Shown here piece by piece: positions 46,438 through 56,677 of a stretch of 63,498 nt of DNA. Numbering within the stretch: position 1 is the first letter of the stretch; every line of letters begins with the position of its first letter. The notes beneath the pieces were generated by a model that searched no databases, had not been told where the DNA came from, and was given only the letters and a program-made list of their open reading frames with translations. Made by a program: the position numbers and the translations under genes. The stretch comes from a virus. Its lineage: Duplodnaviria; Caudoviricetes. The DNA lies in the IMG/VR virus record IMGVR_UViG_3300025430_000019, positions 1 through 63,498 of that record; one strand, 5' to 3'.

Positions 46438-46609
46438 TATTAATTGGTCTAAATTTATAGTAGGCGCATCGTTCTTTATCCCTTGTTTGGATACGGACGG
46501 TGCAGCTATGCAGGTTAAACGGACCGCAAAGAGGTTACGCTATAAGATAAAAACACAAGTTGTTGTAGAAAAAGGCATACAAGGATTGCGAATATGGCGC
46601 ATTAAGTAG
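46412..46609 (+). CDS. Small conserved protein
   Basis: INWSKF..GASFFIPCLD...GLRIWR. Confidence 0.65.
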   Translation: MLIHGLNFDINWSKFIVGASFFIPCLDTDGAAMQVKRTAKRLRYKIKTQVVVEKGIQGLRIWRIK

Positions 46610-46621
46610 TATGATTGCACC

Positions 46622-46688
46622 TGCGATTCATTTCGCTTTTCCTTGGCAAGTTGCCATTTCGCCCTCACCCTCGTGGTGGGGGTTTTTT
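46622..46688 (+). ncRNA. Putative anti-Shine-Dalgarno small RNA
   Basis: Upstream TTGCGA-18nt-TATGAT; contains CATTTCGCTTTTCCTTGG complementary to several phage initiation regions; ends in terminator. Confidence 0.5.
46661..46688 (+). terminator. Intrinsic terminator at convergence of the two arms
   Basis: GCCCTCACC-CTCGT-GGTGGGGGT then TTTTT. Confidence 0.8.
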
Positions 46689-49600
46689 ATTCTTCATTTG
46701 CATAATTACGCCATCCTTCAAGTTGGGGTATCATTCTTTTATCTATACCCATACCACCTGTGATGTTAGAAAGCGCTCTATTTTTATAGCGAGTTTTAAT
46801 AGAATTTGTTAACGCATCTGGTGTAATGGCTTTGCCCGGATTAGTTTGGCTGAAATGCACGATCTTAGCAATGACTTTATCCATCATATATGTATCACCA
46901 GAATCTAAAGCAATAAAGAAGGCATTTAACAAATCATTATGTCTAGCAATAATTTCTTGTTCTGCATTTTTCATTTCAATATTTGCTTTTTGTGCTTGCG
47001 CGATTTTATCGGGCGTAAAACCAAGCATCTGTGCCAAAGCAAGGCGAGCAGGAACTTCTTCCATTAAAGTGTCACCTTTCATAGTAAGAGCTTGACCTTC
47101 TGAAAGATAGCGTAATCCAGTCATGACGTTTTTAATAGCAGATGGCATAGCGGTTTCAATAGCACGTTCTGTATGGCCTTGATTAAAACGATCTAATGCT
47201 TCAGCATAAGTTACTAACGCGCCAGCAGATGGGCCAAGCAAACTCATCATAGTATTTTGTAACGTAGTAAGGTCATCCTTACCTTTACGTACATCTTGGA
47301 ACCATAAGTCAGGTAAATTAGTGCTCATACGGTCTGCAAAGTTCAGTCCGCTGACTGTAGACAACGCGCCACGAGATAGTATTTCACCCGTAAACCCACC
47401 TAAATGTTTAAAGCACCAGTTCTTAAACCAATTTTCGGCATCAAACGGTTCGTCTGAATCACCAAATGCTGCATGAAAAGCTGAAGCAATGCCAGAGAAT
47501 ATAAACCAAAATGGTAAACCCGTCATGCCAGATGTAAGAAACGCCATGCCCATCATACCTAAGAACTGATCACGTGCTTCACGTTTAATACTTTCAAGTT
47601 CTTTAATCTTAGCTTTCATCAATTCTTCTTTATGCGGCGAGTTACGCATCTCTCGCTCATATGCAATAAGTTCAGCTTGCATACCATCGCCCAAAGATTT
47701 TTGAAGTGTTCTAAACATTAGCACAGTCATCTGTTGCGGATACATTTTAAATTGCAACAAAATATTACGGTAGTTACCGCGGAAATATCTTGGTTTATTG
47801 GTAGTGTTGTAGTTAAACAAAGTCTTTTTAACTAACGCATCGGCTTCTTGTATGGCTGTTTGGTAAGCTTGTTCTGCGGTATAACGTTGTTTACCATCAT
47901 GAGTTTTAGCATCTAACGCTTTATTATAGGCTAATTCAAATGTTGCCATAAACGTTGTCTCACGCATGTATTTTTCAGATGCGTGAAACGGTAAACTTGC
48001 GTAGTACATTATTTTGTTCCATCGACCAGTGTATTGGTTTGATGGTTTTTCACCGATTTGCGCAGCTTCATGCGATAGCGTAACATCAATAGTTCCGCGT
48101 CTAACGCCGTCTTGGTATACGTCGGCATAAGTCTTACCTATAGAATTACCGTTTTTATCTTTAACATCCATGCCTTCCATATTGGCTCTGGCTAGTGATA
48201 AAAACTCATATCTGCCTGATGTTTCATTTACAAATCCTGTTCCACCAAGCATACGATTAAACTTTGCAAACGCACTCGCTGTATTTTTTAACCCATACCT
48301 AGCATTTGCAGCAGGCGCCCATACGCCTCCAACACCAAGCAAGTTAATCATAAACGATGCTGGCGCAGTTAAGAAGTTTATAAAGCCAAATTGATTTAAC
48401 GCAGTGACAATTCCACTTTGTTTTGGTGGGTTAAGAATAGCAGTCTTAAGGTTTAACTCAAGTTCATGTACGTAATCTCTATACTTTAATGCCTCTCTAG
48501 CAGGCAGGCTTTTTAAACGTACTTGTGCTGAACGAAGGTCGGTGAATAGCTGTGGTAAATGCTCAAACCTAGAACGCTGATATGCCATACGTAAACGAGA
48601 CACTTCAAATGCACGAAGCATATCAATACTTGCACCAGGTATATTTTCACGGTGCATAAACATCTTACGAATACTTTCGTTTGGCATTAGCTCTAAATAC
48701 ATTTGGCCGAGTTGATCTTTAACTTGGTCGCGTAACGCCCCAATAGGGTCAGCTAATACTTTAGCATCTGAGCTACCTAAAATATCTTCCGTAGATTTAT
48801 CAACTAGAGATTTTAAACTTTCTAAATGCGCCCAGTCACTTAAATTACTATTAAGAATTTCGCTGAAATTATTTCCTGCTTGAATATCGCCACTTTCTTC
48901 AACTTGCCTAAGTACTTCTTCATCTGATGTGCCTTTTATAAAAGTACTTTTACCTTTTTCCTTTTTGATTAAGCGCTCTAATTCTTGTTCATAGGCATCA
49001 TCACGAGCACCGGCAGTTTCAAATTGCTGGAAAGTTTTACTTTTGCCTTTGCCTGTTTGCAACCAGAATTCGCCAAAACGTTTAAGCGGAAAGTAAATTT
49101 TAAGCGCGTCTTTAGCTATATTGTTTTTTAACTTAACTAATTCATCGTTAATTTCTTTTTCTGAAAGACCTTCACTTTTTAGTCTAGCATGAGTACGTTC
49201 TGCCTGGATTGCTATGTACTCATCCATACGTCTTTTATAAAAATCACGCACTTCACGATAAATTTTTAACGCTGTTCTACCGTCTTCAGTGCCGTCAACC
49301 ATTTTGTTCCAGGCATCTTTAAACCGTTTATCAACGTTGTGCCAGTTTGCGGCATCGTGTGCAGGGCCAGTAGTATCGGCTTCAATTTGATCAATCGTAG
49401 CATTAAGCATTACTTCATGCAACTGTTGAGCTTTATCAGGATTACTTTGAATTAATTGACTCCAAAGTTTAATTGCAGTATCGCCTTCCGCAAGTATTTT
49501 ATTGCGGGTATAAATCATTGCATCAACTTCTTTAACGTAATCTTTGAACTGTGGGATATTATCTCCAACAAGATCTGATAATTGGTCTAGTGTTAAAGCA

Positions 49601-52600
49601 CCAAGCAAAGCTCTGCGGTATTCTTCACGAACACTAGCTAAGTTAGAAACAAATTTACGTTTATTAACTTTGCTCCAAGGAGTATGGCTTCTTATTAAAT
49701 CTCCAATCGTGCCAAGCATACCTGTACGCTCAGCTGTATTAGCTCTAAATTTACCTTTTTTAGCCGCTATACTTTTTGCTATTTTTGGTTGTTTTTCGTC
49801 TTCAAACTTAGAAGTATTATCTAAAGATATAGAGTTTTGCGGTATAGCTGTACCCGGATTAAATGTATTAACGTTAGTTGTGCTTTCTTCTCTAGCAGAA
49901 AATAGTACATCTGTATTAGCCATAGTTTGGAACAATACATTATCTACACCAATTAATTTAGATATGTATTGAATAAACTTAGACCAAGTAGATTGGTTAG
50001 TTTTGTTTTCAGCATAAAGACTACGAAGTATTTTTTGAAAATCTCTATTGCTAAAAGCTTCAGCTATAAATTCATGTAAATTAAGAAGTCCATACTGTTC
50101 TGCATGTGGAGTTCCTTTAAGTTGTTTAACTGTGTTATGGTACAACGCTACTAAATTGTAATAAGCTCTACGTTGTTCTGGGTTTAACTTTTCAGGGTGC
50201 AACATTAAATCTGATACAGCAGCATGTGTAGACTCGTGCATTAGCACATAATTTGTTGTAACACCGCCATTTAAAGAATTATTAAGGGCAATAGACCCTT
50301 CGTAATAAAACCCAGCTGCAGCTAAAGACCCAACAGCTTCGTCTAATGATTTGTATGCAACTTTCGCTTGTTCCATCAAGCTTTTATTAGGCACTCTAAT
50401 TCTGCCGTCCATTAATCTGTTATAAGCTTCGGCCTTCAACAAAATTGGATTTATACTTGGGTCAAAGTTAGCTTCATTAAAATAACGATCCCATATGTGG
50501 TGGTAGTTAAGTTGCAGATAGGCTTCTACTTGGTTTCGTTGTACAGCCGTATGCGATAAAAAGTTTTCTAATACTTTATTAGTTATGTCATAGCCAATAT
50601 TTACAGTAAAGTTTAACCCAAGTAAACGATCAGCCAATTTGCTAAAGTACTCACCTCCGTAACGCACTATGCCTTTTAATGCGCCTCTAAAATCATTTGA
50701 ACGAATAGCATCATCAACTACTGGATGAACTGTAGCCTCTAACGTATTAATATCAGCATTTTGAACTTTAGGGCTACTAGACTTACTTTTCTTTTCTTTT
50801 TTATCTAAGCCTTTCTTTAGCTGCTGTTCTGTCTTACCCATTGCAATACGTGCTGGGTGGTTAACAGGCAGTTGAGGTTTTAATTCTTGCAGCTTTTTAG
50901 TAACCTCAGCTTTAGCTTCACGATCTATATTTTCGCCCGATCCAATAGCAACCGCTTGGTTAAACAAGTCATGGTATTGTTGAACAATAGGGTTGTTTTG
51001 TAAGTCGGCAGGGAGTTCTTCTATTCTTGGTGTTTGGCTTATGTGGCGAAGCTTTTCTTCTGTGCTTGACATAGGCTCAAGTTTTTTAGCTTCTTGTTCA
51101 GTTTCAACTTGTTCTGGCGTTGGCTCACCAAGTTCTTCTTCGTCTTGCTTACGCTGTTCTTCTTCAAGTTGAGATTGCTCTAATAACTTATCAGCTATTT
51201 CTTCATCAGTTGGTTCTTGATTTTGATTAAGTTCTTGGTCTAATTCATCTTGTAATGCAGCTTGTTCTTCTTCGCTAGGCGTTTCTTTGGTTTGTTCTTG
51301 GTTTGGCACACGAACCATGTAATCTACACGATCTTCAAACCCATTACGTGCATACCAGTCTTTTAGTTGTTCTTGATTAAGTCCGCCTAAAGAAGCATCG
51401 GGCTGCGCCGCAGGTACAAGAACTAAAGTTTTATCGTTAGTATCAGCCCAATTAGTAATTGCGCTTAATAATTTAGTACCCGCACCTTTATTTCTATTAG
51501 CTACATCCATGCCTGTTATCATGGTAGCGCCAATAAGATCATCAGATAAATCATTATCTTCGTCTAGCACTTTAAACCCGGCAGTAGCAAGTGGTTCTTG
51601 CCCTTTTGTAACTGAAGGTAGATACGCTCCTCTATCATTTACTCTAGCTGGTTTGGATTCAAAGGTTTCTTGTTCTTGCGTTTCTTTTGGTTGCAATGCC
51701 CCAACTTGTTCTGTATTTAGTTCAGCAGTGCTTGGTTGCGTTCCTCTTCCAGTTTGATCAGCAGGCTGTTCACTTCCCACCACATTACTTTGGGCATTTG
51801 TTTCAAGTCCTGGCTCAGTTCCTCGTTGGGAAGTAATCCCCTCAGATGTAGGAATGCCTGGCTGAGTAACTCCGGTGTTATCTCCAGTATTTCCTGCTGC
51901 ATTTTGTTCCTCCTGTATTTTATTACGGGCTTCAATATGTTTATCAATGTAATTGCTTAACTCTTCTTTAGTTGGTTCTTTGCCGTACTGTGCAACAAAA
52001 TCAGGTTTAACAATATCAGCAATCTGATTGCGTATTCTATTATTTGCAAGGTATCCTCGTATTCCACCAAGACCCGACATAGGAATGCCTTGTACAAATG
52101 TACCGACAACAGTCTCAATGTACTCCTTCATGGCATCAAGATCGGCGGTATCAAGACCTGCACCGAAACGTTCTGCCCATTGTTGTGCTAGCTCAGGTGG
52201 TATTTCTTTAGCTGTTGAAGCTGCGTATACTTTAGCAACGTCATATAACAAATTTTTACCTGCCGCGTCTAAACCACTTAACGCACCAAGACCAAATCTT
52301 TCTGAAAGAAAATCGGCGCCTGCATGGATTGCCATTGCTGGCGCAAGTTTAGTAAAGTTAAGTTCTTGGGCTATGTCTGCATTAGGATTTTTATTTTGTA
52401 TTTCTTCAATAGCACGGGAACCTGGTTCGCCAACACCGTGGAATGCAGCTTGCGTTGCCATACCAAGCATACTGCCTTTACTAAGCATAAGCTTTTTAGC
52501 GGAGTCAGCTACAAACTTAATGCCAGCTTTTGTGCCTTCTTTTTCAGCAACTTCTTCGGCTAACTTTTTAACACCTTGTTTAACTAATTGTTTTTCAGCA

Positions 52601-53115
52601 ATTCCAGCTAAACCTCCAGGTATTGCGCCAACACCACCAAAGAATGCTCCAAGCCCTGCGCCAACACCCGCTGACAATAAACTTTCACCAGCGTTAGCAA
52701 CACCTTGTCCCACCATATAAGGCAGGTACTCTGTTATAAAACCGTTGACGCTATCATTCCATGCAACTTTAGCTTGTAAAGGTTCTTCTTCTTTTTTAGC
52801 TTCCTCCATACCCTTTAAGCCATTAGCAATCATGTCGTGGCTAAAGTCACCTTCACCTGCTAATTTTTGTATGCCAGCTCCAGTTATAACTTTGGCAGCA
52901 TTCCATAGTTCTTTAGTTTGTGGGGCATAAGCTTTAATACCACGAACAAATGCGCTACTATCATCTTGATCGGCTACGGCTGCAGGGTGAACATTATCAA
53001 CAGTAGGCTTAGTATCCCAAGGAGCAGGACCGGCCATGCCACTTGGGTGTTGTTCCCAAGGCGCAACTTCATCTTCTTTAGTTGCTGCTTGTTCCCACGG
53101 CGCAAGTTGAGCCAT
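46687..53115 (-). CDS. Large polyvalent internal virion/ejection protein (GNAT-like and zincin-like domains)
   Basis: RNKGAGTKLL...WYARNGF; VLMHESTHAA...EFIAEAFSN; 2142 aa at end of late arm. Confidence 0.7.
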   Translation of the reverse strand: MAQLAPWEQAATKEDEVAPWEQHPSGMAGPAPWDTKPTVDNVHPAAVADQDDSSAFVRGIKAYAPQTKELWNAAKVITGAGIQKLAGEGDFSHDMIANGLKGMEEAKKEEEPLQAKVAWNDSVNGFITEYLPYMVGQGVANAGESLLSAGVGAGLGAFFGGVGAIPGGLAGIAEKQLVKQGVKKLAEEVAEKEGTKAGIKFVADSAKKLMLSKGSMLGMATQAAFHGVGEPGSRAIEEIQNKNPNADIAQELNFTKLAPAMAIHAGADFLSERFGLGALSGLDAAGKNLLYDVAKVYAASTAKEIPPELAQQWAERFGAGLDTADLDAMKEYIETVVGTFVQGIPMSGLGGIRGYLANNRIRNQIADIVKPDFVAQYGKEPTKEELSNYIDKHIEARNKIQEEQNAAGNTGDNTGVTQPGIPTSEGITSQRGTEPGLETNAQSNVVGSEQPADQTGRGTQPSTAELNTEQVGALQPKETQEQETFESKPARVNDRGAYLPSVTKGQEPLATAGFKVLDEDNDLSDDLIGATMITGMDVANRNKGAGTKLLSAITNWADTNDKTLVLVPAAQPDASLGGLNQEQLKDWYARNGFEDRVDYMVRVPNQEQTKETPSEEEQAALQDELDQELNQNQEPTDEEIADKLLEQSQLEEEQRKQDEEELGEPTPEQVETEQEAKKLEPMSSTEEKLRHISQTPRIEELPADLQNNPIVQQYHDLFNQAVAIGSGENIDREAKAEVTKKLQELKPQLPVNHPARIAMGKTEQQLKKGLDKKEKKSKSSSPKVQNADINTLEATVHPVVDDAIRSNDFRGALKGIVRYGGEYFSKLADRLLGLNFTVNIGYDITNKVLENFLSHTAVQRNQVEAYLQLNYHHIWDRYFNEANFDPSINPILLKAEAYNRLMDGRIRVPNKSLMEQAKVAYKSLDEAVGSLAAAGFYYEGSIALNNSLNGGVTTNYVLMHESTHAAVSDLMLHPEKLNPEQRRAYYNLVALYHNTVKQLKGTPHAEQYGLLNLHEFIAEAFSNRDFQKILRSLYAENKTNQSTWSKFIQYISKLIGVDNVLFQTMANTDVLFSAREESTTNVNTFNPGTAIPQNSISLDNTSKFEDEKQPKIAKSIAAKKGKFRANTAERTGMLGTIGDLIRSHTPWSKVNKRKFVSNLASVREEYRRALLGALTLDQLSDLVGDNIPQFKDYVKEVDAMIYTRNKILAEGDTAIKLWSQLIQSNPDKAQQLHEVMLNATIDQIEADTTGPAHDAANWHNVDKRFKDAWNKMVDGTEDGRTALKIYREVRDFYKRRMDEYIAIQAERTHARLKSEGLSEKEINDELVKLKNNIAKDALKIYFPLKRFGEFWLQTGKGKSKTFQQFETAGARDDAYEQELERLIKKEKGKSTFIKGTSDEEVLRQVEESGDIQAGNNFSEILNSNLSDWAHLESLKSLVDKSTEDILGSSDAKVLADPIGALRDQVKDQLGQMYLELMPNESIRKMFMHRENIPGASIDMLRAFEVSRLRMAYQRSRFEHLPQLFTDLRSAQVRLKSLPAREALKYRDYVHELELNLKTAILNPPKQSGIVTALNQFGFINFLTAPASFMINLLGVGGVWAPAANARYGLKNTASAFAKFNRMLGGTGFVNETSGRYEFLSLARANMEGMDVKDKNGNSIGKTYADVYQDGVRRGTIDVTLSHEAAQIGEKPSNQYTGRWNKIMYYASLPFHASEKYMRETTFMATFELAYNKALDAKTHDGKQRYTAEQAYQTAIQEADALVKKTLFNYNTTNKPRYFRGNYRNILLQFKMYPQQMTVLMFRTLQKSLGDGMQAELIAYEREMRNSPHKEELMKAKIKELESIKREARDQFLGMMGMAFLTSGMTGLPFWFIFSGIASAFHAAFGDSDEPFDAENWFKNWCFKHLGGFTGEILSRGALSTVSGLNFADRMSTNLPDLWFQDVRKGKDDLTTLQNTMMSLLGPSAGALVTYAEALDRFNQGHTERAIETAMPSAIKNVMTGLRYLSEGQALTMKGDTLMEEVPARLALAQMLGFTPDKIAQAQKANIEMKNAEQEIIARHNDLLNAFFIALDSGDTYMMDKVIAKIVHFSQTNPGKAITPDALTNSIKTRYKNRALSNITGGMGIDKRMIPQLEGWRNYANEE

Positions 53116-56100
53116 TATTTAACTTTCCAATTTTCTTGTTTAGATGGATCACCACCTTGGAATACATAAGTTTTACCGTTGTAAGGTTTTTCTGTACCTA
53201 CAAGTATAGATCCAAGCGTTGACTGTGGCGCGGTTGTGTTTGGTGTAGTATAACCTTTTGAAAGTTTTTCAGCTATTTTTTCTTCATATGCACGAATTTT
53301 ATTTACGTCGCCTGTTGCCTTAACTTTACTATATTCTGTATCGTATATAGCAGAGTTAGCTAACCAATCTTTAAATGCGTTACCCCTAGCAATAGCAAGA
53401 CGTGTTTCGTTAGATTCAGCAGTGGGTGTGGTTGCAGCTGTGTATCTACGTAACGCTTCTTCTTTACTGACATTATTTTTTTCCATAATGTCTTTAATAA
53501 CTTCTTGTTTATTTTTCTCAGGTAAATTCTGACCTTCAAGGCGCATTTGTTCAACTTCTTTAGCGCTAGTACTGCGAGCACCTTCAACTTTTTCATTGCT
53601 TGTTGCACGCATTTGCTCAACTTCTTTAGCGCTTGCAGCATGTTTATCGGCAACTTTAAGGTCAATATCGCCTTTCATCTTAGTTGCTTTTAAGTTAGCC
53701 GCAATTTCTGAAGCTTTATCGTAATGTTGAGCCGCAAGTGTCCAAAGACCAAGCTCTTCAGCACGTTTACCTTTTTCAATTTCAGCCTGACCTTTAAGCG
53801 CCTCCATTTTCATTGCTTGCATTTTGTCTTGTAAATTAGCTTCGCTACTTGCAAAGTCTCCCATTGCCGCAGCAATACCAGCACCGACTGGCCCACGGAA
53901 GTTTGCGAGCTTGCCAAAAGTTTGAGCAGCGTTAAGGTTGCGCATAATATATGCTTGCTTATCCATACCTAGTACTTGATCTTCATAAGCTTTATTAAGC
54001 GCATCCATTTTCTTATATGAATCCGGACCAAGCCCAATAGCTTTCTTCAAATCATCTGTATAAGACTTAACATCTGTGCCATAGTTCTTCGGCATAAAGT
54101 CGTTACTTTCTGCAGCTTCATCAAGTTTCTTAACGGCTTTGTCTTCGTCTTTAGCAAGAGTTTTAGCAGTGGCTGTTTCCTTAGCCAAAACAGTTTGTTT
54201 AAGTTTTTCTTTTGGTGCGGCAGCTGCAACTGCTTTAGCTTCGGCAGCTTTAGCTTCTGGTGTTCCTGCTAAGCCTGCAGCAGATACGGGTATAACTCCG
54301 CTTCTACCTGGATACTGTGTTGGATTATTGTTTGGCCCTTGTGGCGCACCAAGTCCAGGGCCGCCAGGTGTTTGAACTGGCGCCGTAGCTTGTGGGTTCA
54401 TTACCGATGCAGATTGGTTTTGTAACGCCATACCTTGTTCTGGAGTTAATTGCCTTACTCCAAGCCCAGCATTTGGCGCAGTGGTATCAACCGGTCTCGA
54501 TGTAGGAGCAGCTTGGGCTATTCCTCCAGGAGTGGGGGTTTGAGGTTGTTGAGCACTATCGATGCTGTTACCTACATAACTTAAAATTTTATCGCCAGAA
54601 CCTTTACCCATTGCTTGATCCGCTTGTTCACGAATTGCATTTTGATATGATTGAGCTGCATTAGTAAATGCAGTAGCCTTAGCTGTATCTCCGGCTTGAA
54701 ATGCACTTAGTTGTTGAGCTTTTACATCAGCTAGATTTTGAATTAATGGTGCGAATTGAGCAGTTGACGCTGGGTTATCTTTCATTAACTGGGCACCTGC
54801 CGCTATAGGTGGTGTCGTATTGCTAGACGTAAAAGGCGTAATAGCCCGCATTAAATCCCCACCTTCATATCTTGGTACACCGCCCTCGGCTAAAGCAACA
54901 ATGCCCCCGCTAGGAGCCGCACCGCCCATATTTGTAGGTGCAAGTGGTATACCTGCTTTCTCTTGAATTAAACGTTTAAGCTCTGGGCTTTTTGTTTGTG
55001 AAGCATATTTAGCTAATGCAGATGGATCTGTTGCTGCTATATCTTCAAGCTCATTATTTAAACTTGCAAGTACACCTGCATAATGCCGTGGCACGGCTTC
55101 GGTAATACCGCCTTTTTTCTTACTCTGTGGGTTTAGTGAATTATATATAGACGCAGCAGCACCACCGGCACCAACGCCTTGTAATATTGAATTAGGCGCT
55201 GCTTGATATTGATTAGTTGTAGTTGACTGCATTGGTAAACCATGCAGCATATTGGACATCATGCCCAATTCCATTAACGGATATTGTTGTGCATTACTGT
55301 AATTTTGAATAGCTTGGTTAATTACTTGCTGTTGGTTAGCTTGTTGTAATTGACCTTGCTGTGCTTGTGTACCAAGTATGCTTTGTTGTGCGGCAAGATT
55401 TTGCCCACCGATATTAGCAAGTTGATTAGCGCCTTGCATAGCTTGATTAGTGGCACCGAGACCAGCTTGTAAACCTTGTAATTGAAATGCGTCGTTTTGA
55501 TTGTATTGATTTTGAGCTGCGCCAAATGCGTTGTTATACGCATTGCCAATCATTTGTTGTTGCGCAAGGTTTTGGTTTTGTGAATTTAAAGCGTTCATTA
55601 CCGCTTCACGGCTTCCGCCAAAAGCGCCAGCATGTGTAGCATTACCTTGCTCTTGTGCACCTTGCATACCGTACTGCTGATTCAACAACTGTAGGGATGG
55701 ATTAAGCGCACTTGTGATATACGGATTCATATATCCGCCAACTTGCTGCTGGAAGTTTTGTGGGGTAGCAGAATTAGCAAGCTGATTCATCTGATTGGCA
55801 TAGCCCATAGACTGACCAATACCCATTCCAGTAACATCTTCTGCTTGACCATATTGGCCAGGCGTCTGTAAGTTTGCTGCCGATGATTGTGCTTGTTGTT
55901 GAAGTGGGCTAAACCCTGCTACTGCAGCTTGAGCAGCTTGTGTCGGCGTGGCTGGAGTTCCGTCAGGGTTTGTTGAACCGTATGCTTGATATGGTTGAAA
56001 ACCATTAATGTTATAAATTTGGTTTCCGTTAGAATCTGTACCGCCAGGCGTAGTTTGGAACAATTGTTGCTGCGTTGCTCCCAGCATTGTTTCTACATAT

Positions 56101-56267
56101 GGTTGAGCATATGATGGGATATTAGATGTATTTGTCGTAGACGTTGTATTTGTCGGTTGGCTTCCGCCGCCTTGAGGTATGATACCTCCGCCTGCTTTAC
56201 GTATAAAAGCACGGTCAGGTAAATCTGGAATACCTAACAAAGCCATTGAACTATTATTAAATCTCAT
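53115..56267 (-). CDS. Putative DNA ejection/internal virion protein
   Basis: Gln/Ala/Gly-rich; YMNPY, AGAFGGSR motifs; position. Confidence 0.6.
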   Translation of the reverse strand: MRFNNSSMALLGIPDLPDRAFIRKAGGGIIPQGGGSQPTNTTSTTNTSNIPSYAQPYVETMLGATQQQLFQTTPGGTDSNGNQIYNINGFQPYQAYGSTNPDGTPATPTQAAQAAVAGFSPLQQQAQSSAANLQTPGQYGQAEDVTGMGIGQSMGYANQMNQLANSATPQNFQQQVGGYMNPYITSALNPSLQLLNQQYGMQGAQEQGNATHAGAFGGSREAVMNALNSQNQNLAQQQMIGNAYNNAFGAAQNQYNQNDAFQLQGLQAGLGATNQAMQGANQLANIGGQNLAAQQSILGTQAQQGQLQQANQQQVINQAIQNYSNAQQYPLMELGMMSNMLHGLPMQSTTTNQYQAAPNSILQGVGAGGAAASIYNSLNPQSKKKGGITEAVPRHYAGVLASLNNELEDIAATDPSALAKYASQTKSPELKRLIQEKAGIPLAPTNMGGAAPSGGIVALAEGGVPRYEGGDLMRAITPFTSSNTTPPIAAGAQLMKDNPASTAQFAPLIQNLADVKAQQLSAFQAGDTAKATAFTNAAQSYQNAIREQADQAMGKGSGDKILSYVGNSIDSAQQPQTPTPGGIAQAAPTSRPVDTTAPNAGLGVRQLTPEQGMALQNQSASVMNPQATAPVQTPGGPGLGAPQGPNNNPTQYPGRSGVIPVSAAGLAGTPEAKAAEAKAVAAAAPKEKLKQTVLAKETATAKTLAKDEDKAVKKLDEAAESNDFMPKNYGTDVKSYTDDLKKAIGLGPDSYKKMDALNKAYEDQVLGMDKQAYIMRNLNAAQTFGKLANFRGPVGAGIAAAMGDFASSEANLQDKMQAMKMEALKGQAEIEKGKRAEELGLWTLAAQHYDKASEIAANLKATKMKGDIDLKVADKHAASAKEVEQMRATSNEKVEGARSTSAKEVEQMRLEGQNLPEKNKQEVIKDIMEKNNVSKEEALRRYTAATTPTAESNETRLAIARGNAFKDWLANSAIYDTEYSKVKATGDVNKIRAYEEKIAEKLSKGYTTPNTTAPQSTLGSILVGTEKPYNGKTYVFQGGDPSKQENWKVK

Positions 56268-56677
56268 ATCTTTGCCTCTACAGTTATATAGCGTTCAGTT
56301 AATCCGTAACGTTTCCACAACCGAACAACGGATGGACGGGAAGCGCCTTGAATTTTTGTTGCACCTAAATTTTTTAAAATTACTTTTAGTTGGGCAAAGG
56401 TATCTTGGTTTGTAATTAGTTTGCCACCCATTGTAGTTATGAAAGCATTACGATCATTTGGACCGTTATTAAACTGAACAGTTGCAGCACCATGAATAGT
56501 GCCGGTTTCATCGACGGCTACTAATAAAATCCACTGCCCAGTATTAACATACATTTTAACTTGATCTAACGTATAGTCGTCCCCAGCATGTTTTCTTGCA
56601 GACTCAATAAACCCCTCAACTTTTGGCCAAAATTGAGCTGCAAAATTGCTGTTAACGTACTGTATAGTTAGAGTCAT
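56264..56677 (-). CDS. Conserved virion-module protein, possibly GNAT-like
   Basis: WILLVAVD..G.IHGAATV..AFITTMGG...RLWKRYG. Confidence 0.5.
   Translation of the reverse strand: MTLTIQYVNSNFAAQFWPKVEGFIESARKHAGDDYTLDQVKMYVNTGQWILLVAVDETGTIHGAATVQFNNGPNDRNAFITTMGGKLITNQDTFAQLKVILKNLGATKIQGASRPSVVRLWKRYGLTERYITVEAKI

Noticed and set aside
46603-46646. Minus-strand 9-codon ORF MNRRCNHTT with strong SD
   Set aside because: Very short and antisense to the adjacent gene end, while plus-strand promoter and terminator signals favour an sRNA; kept as the main alternative explanation.
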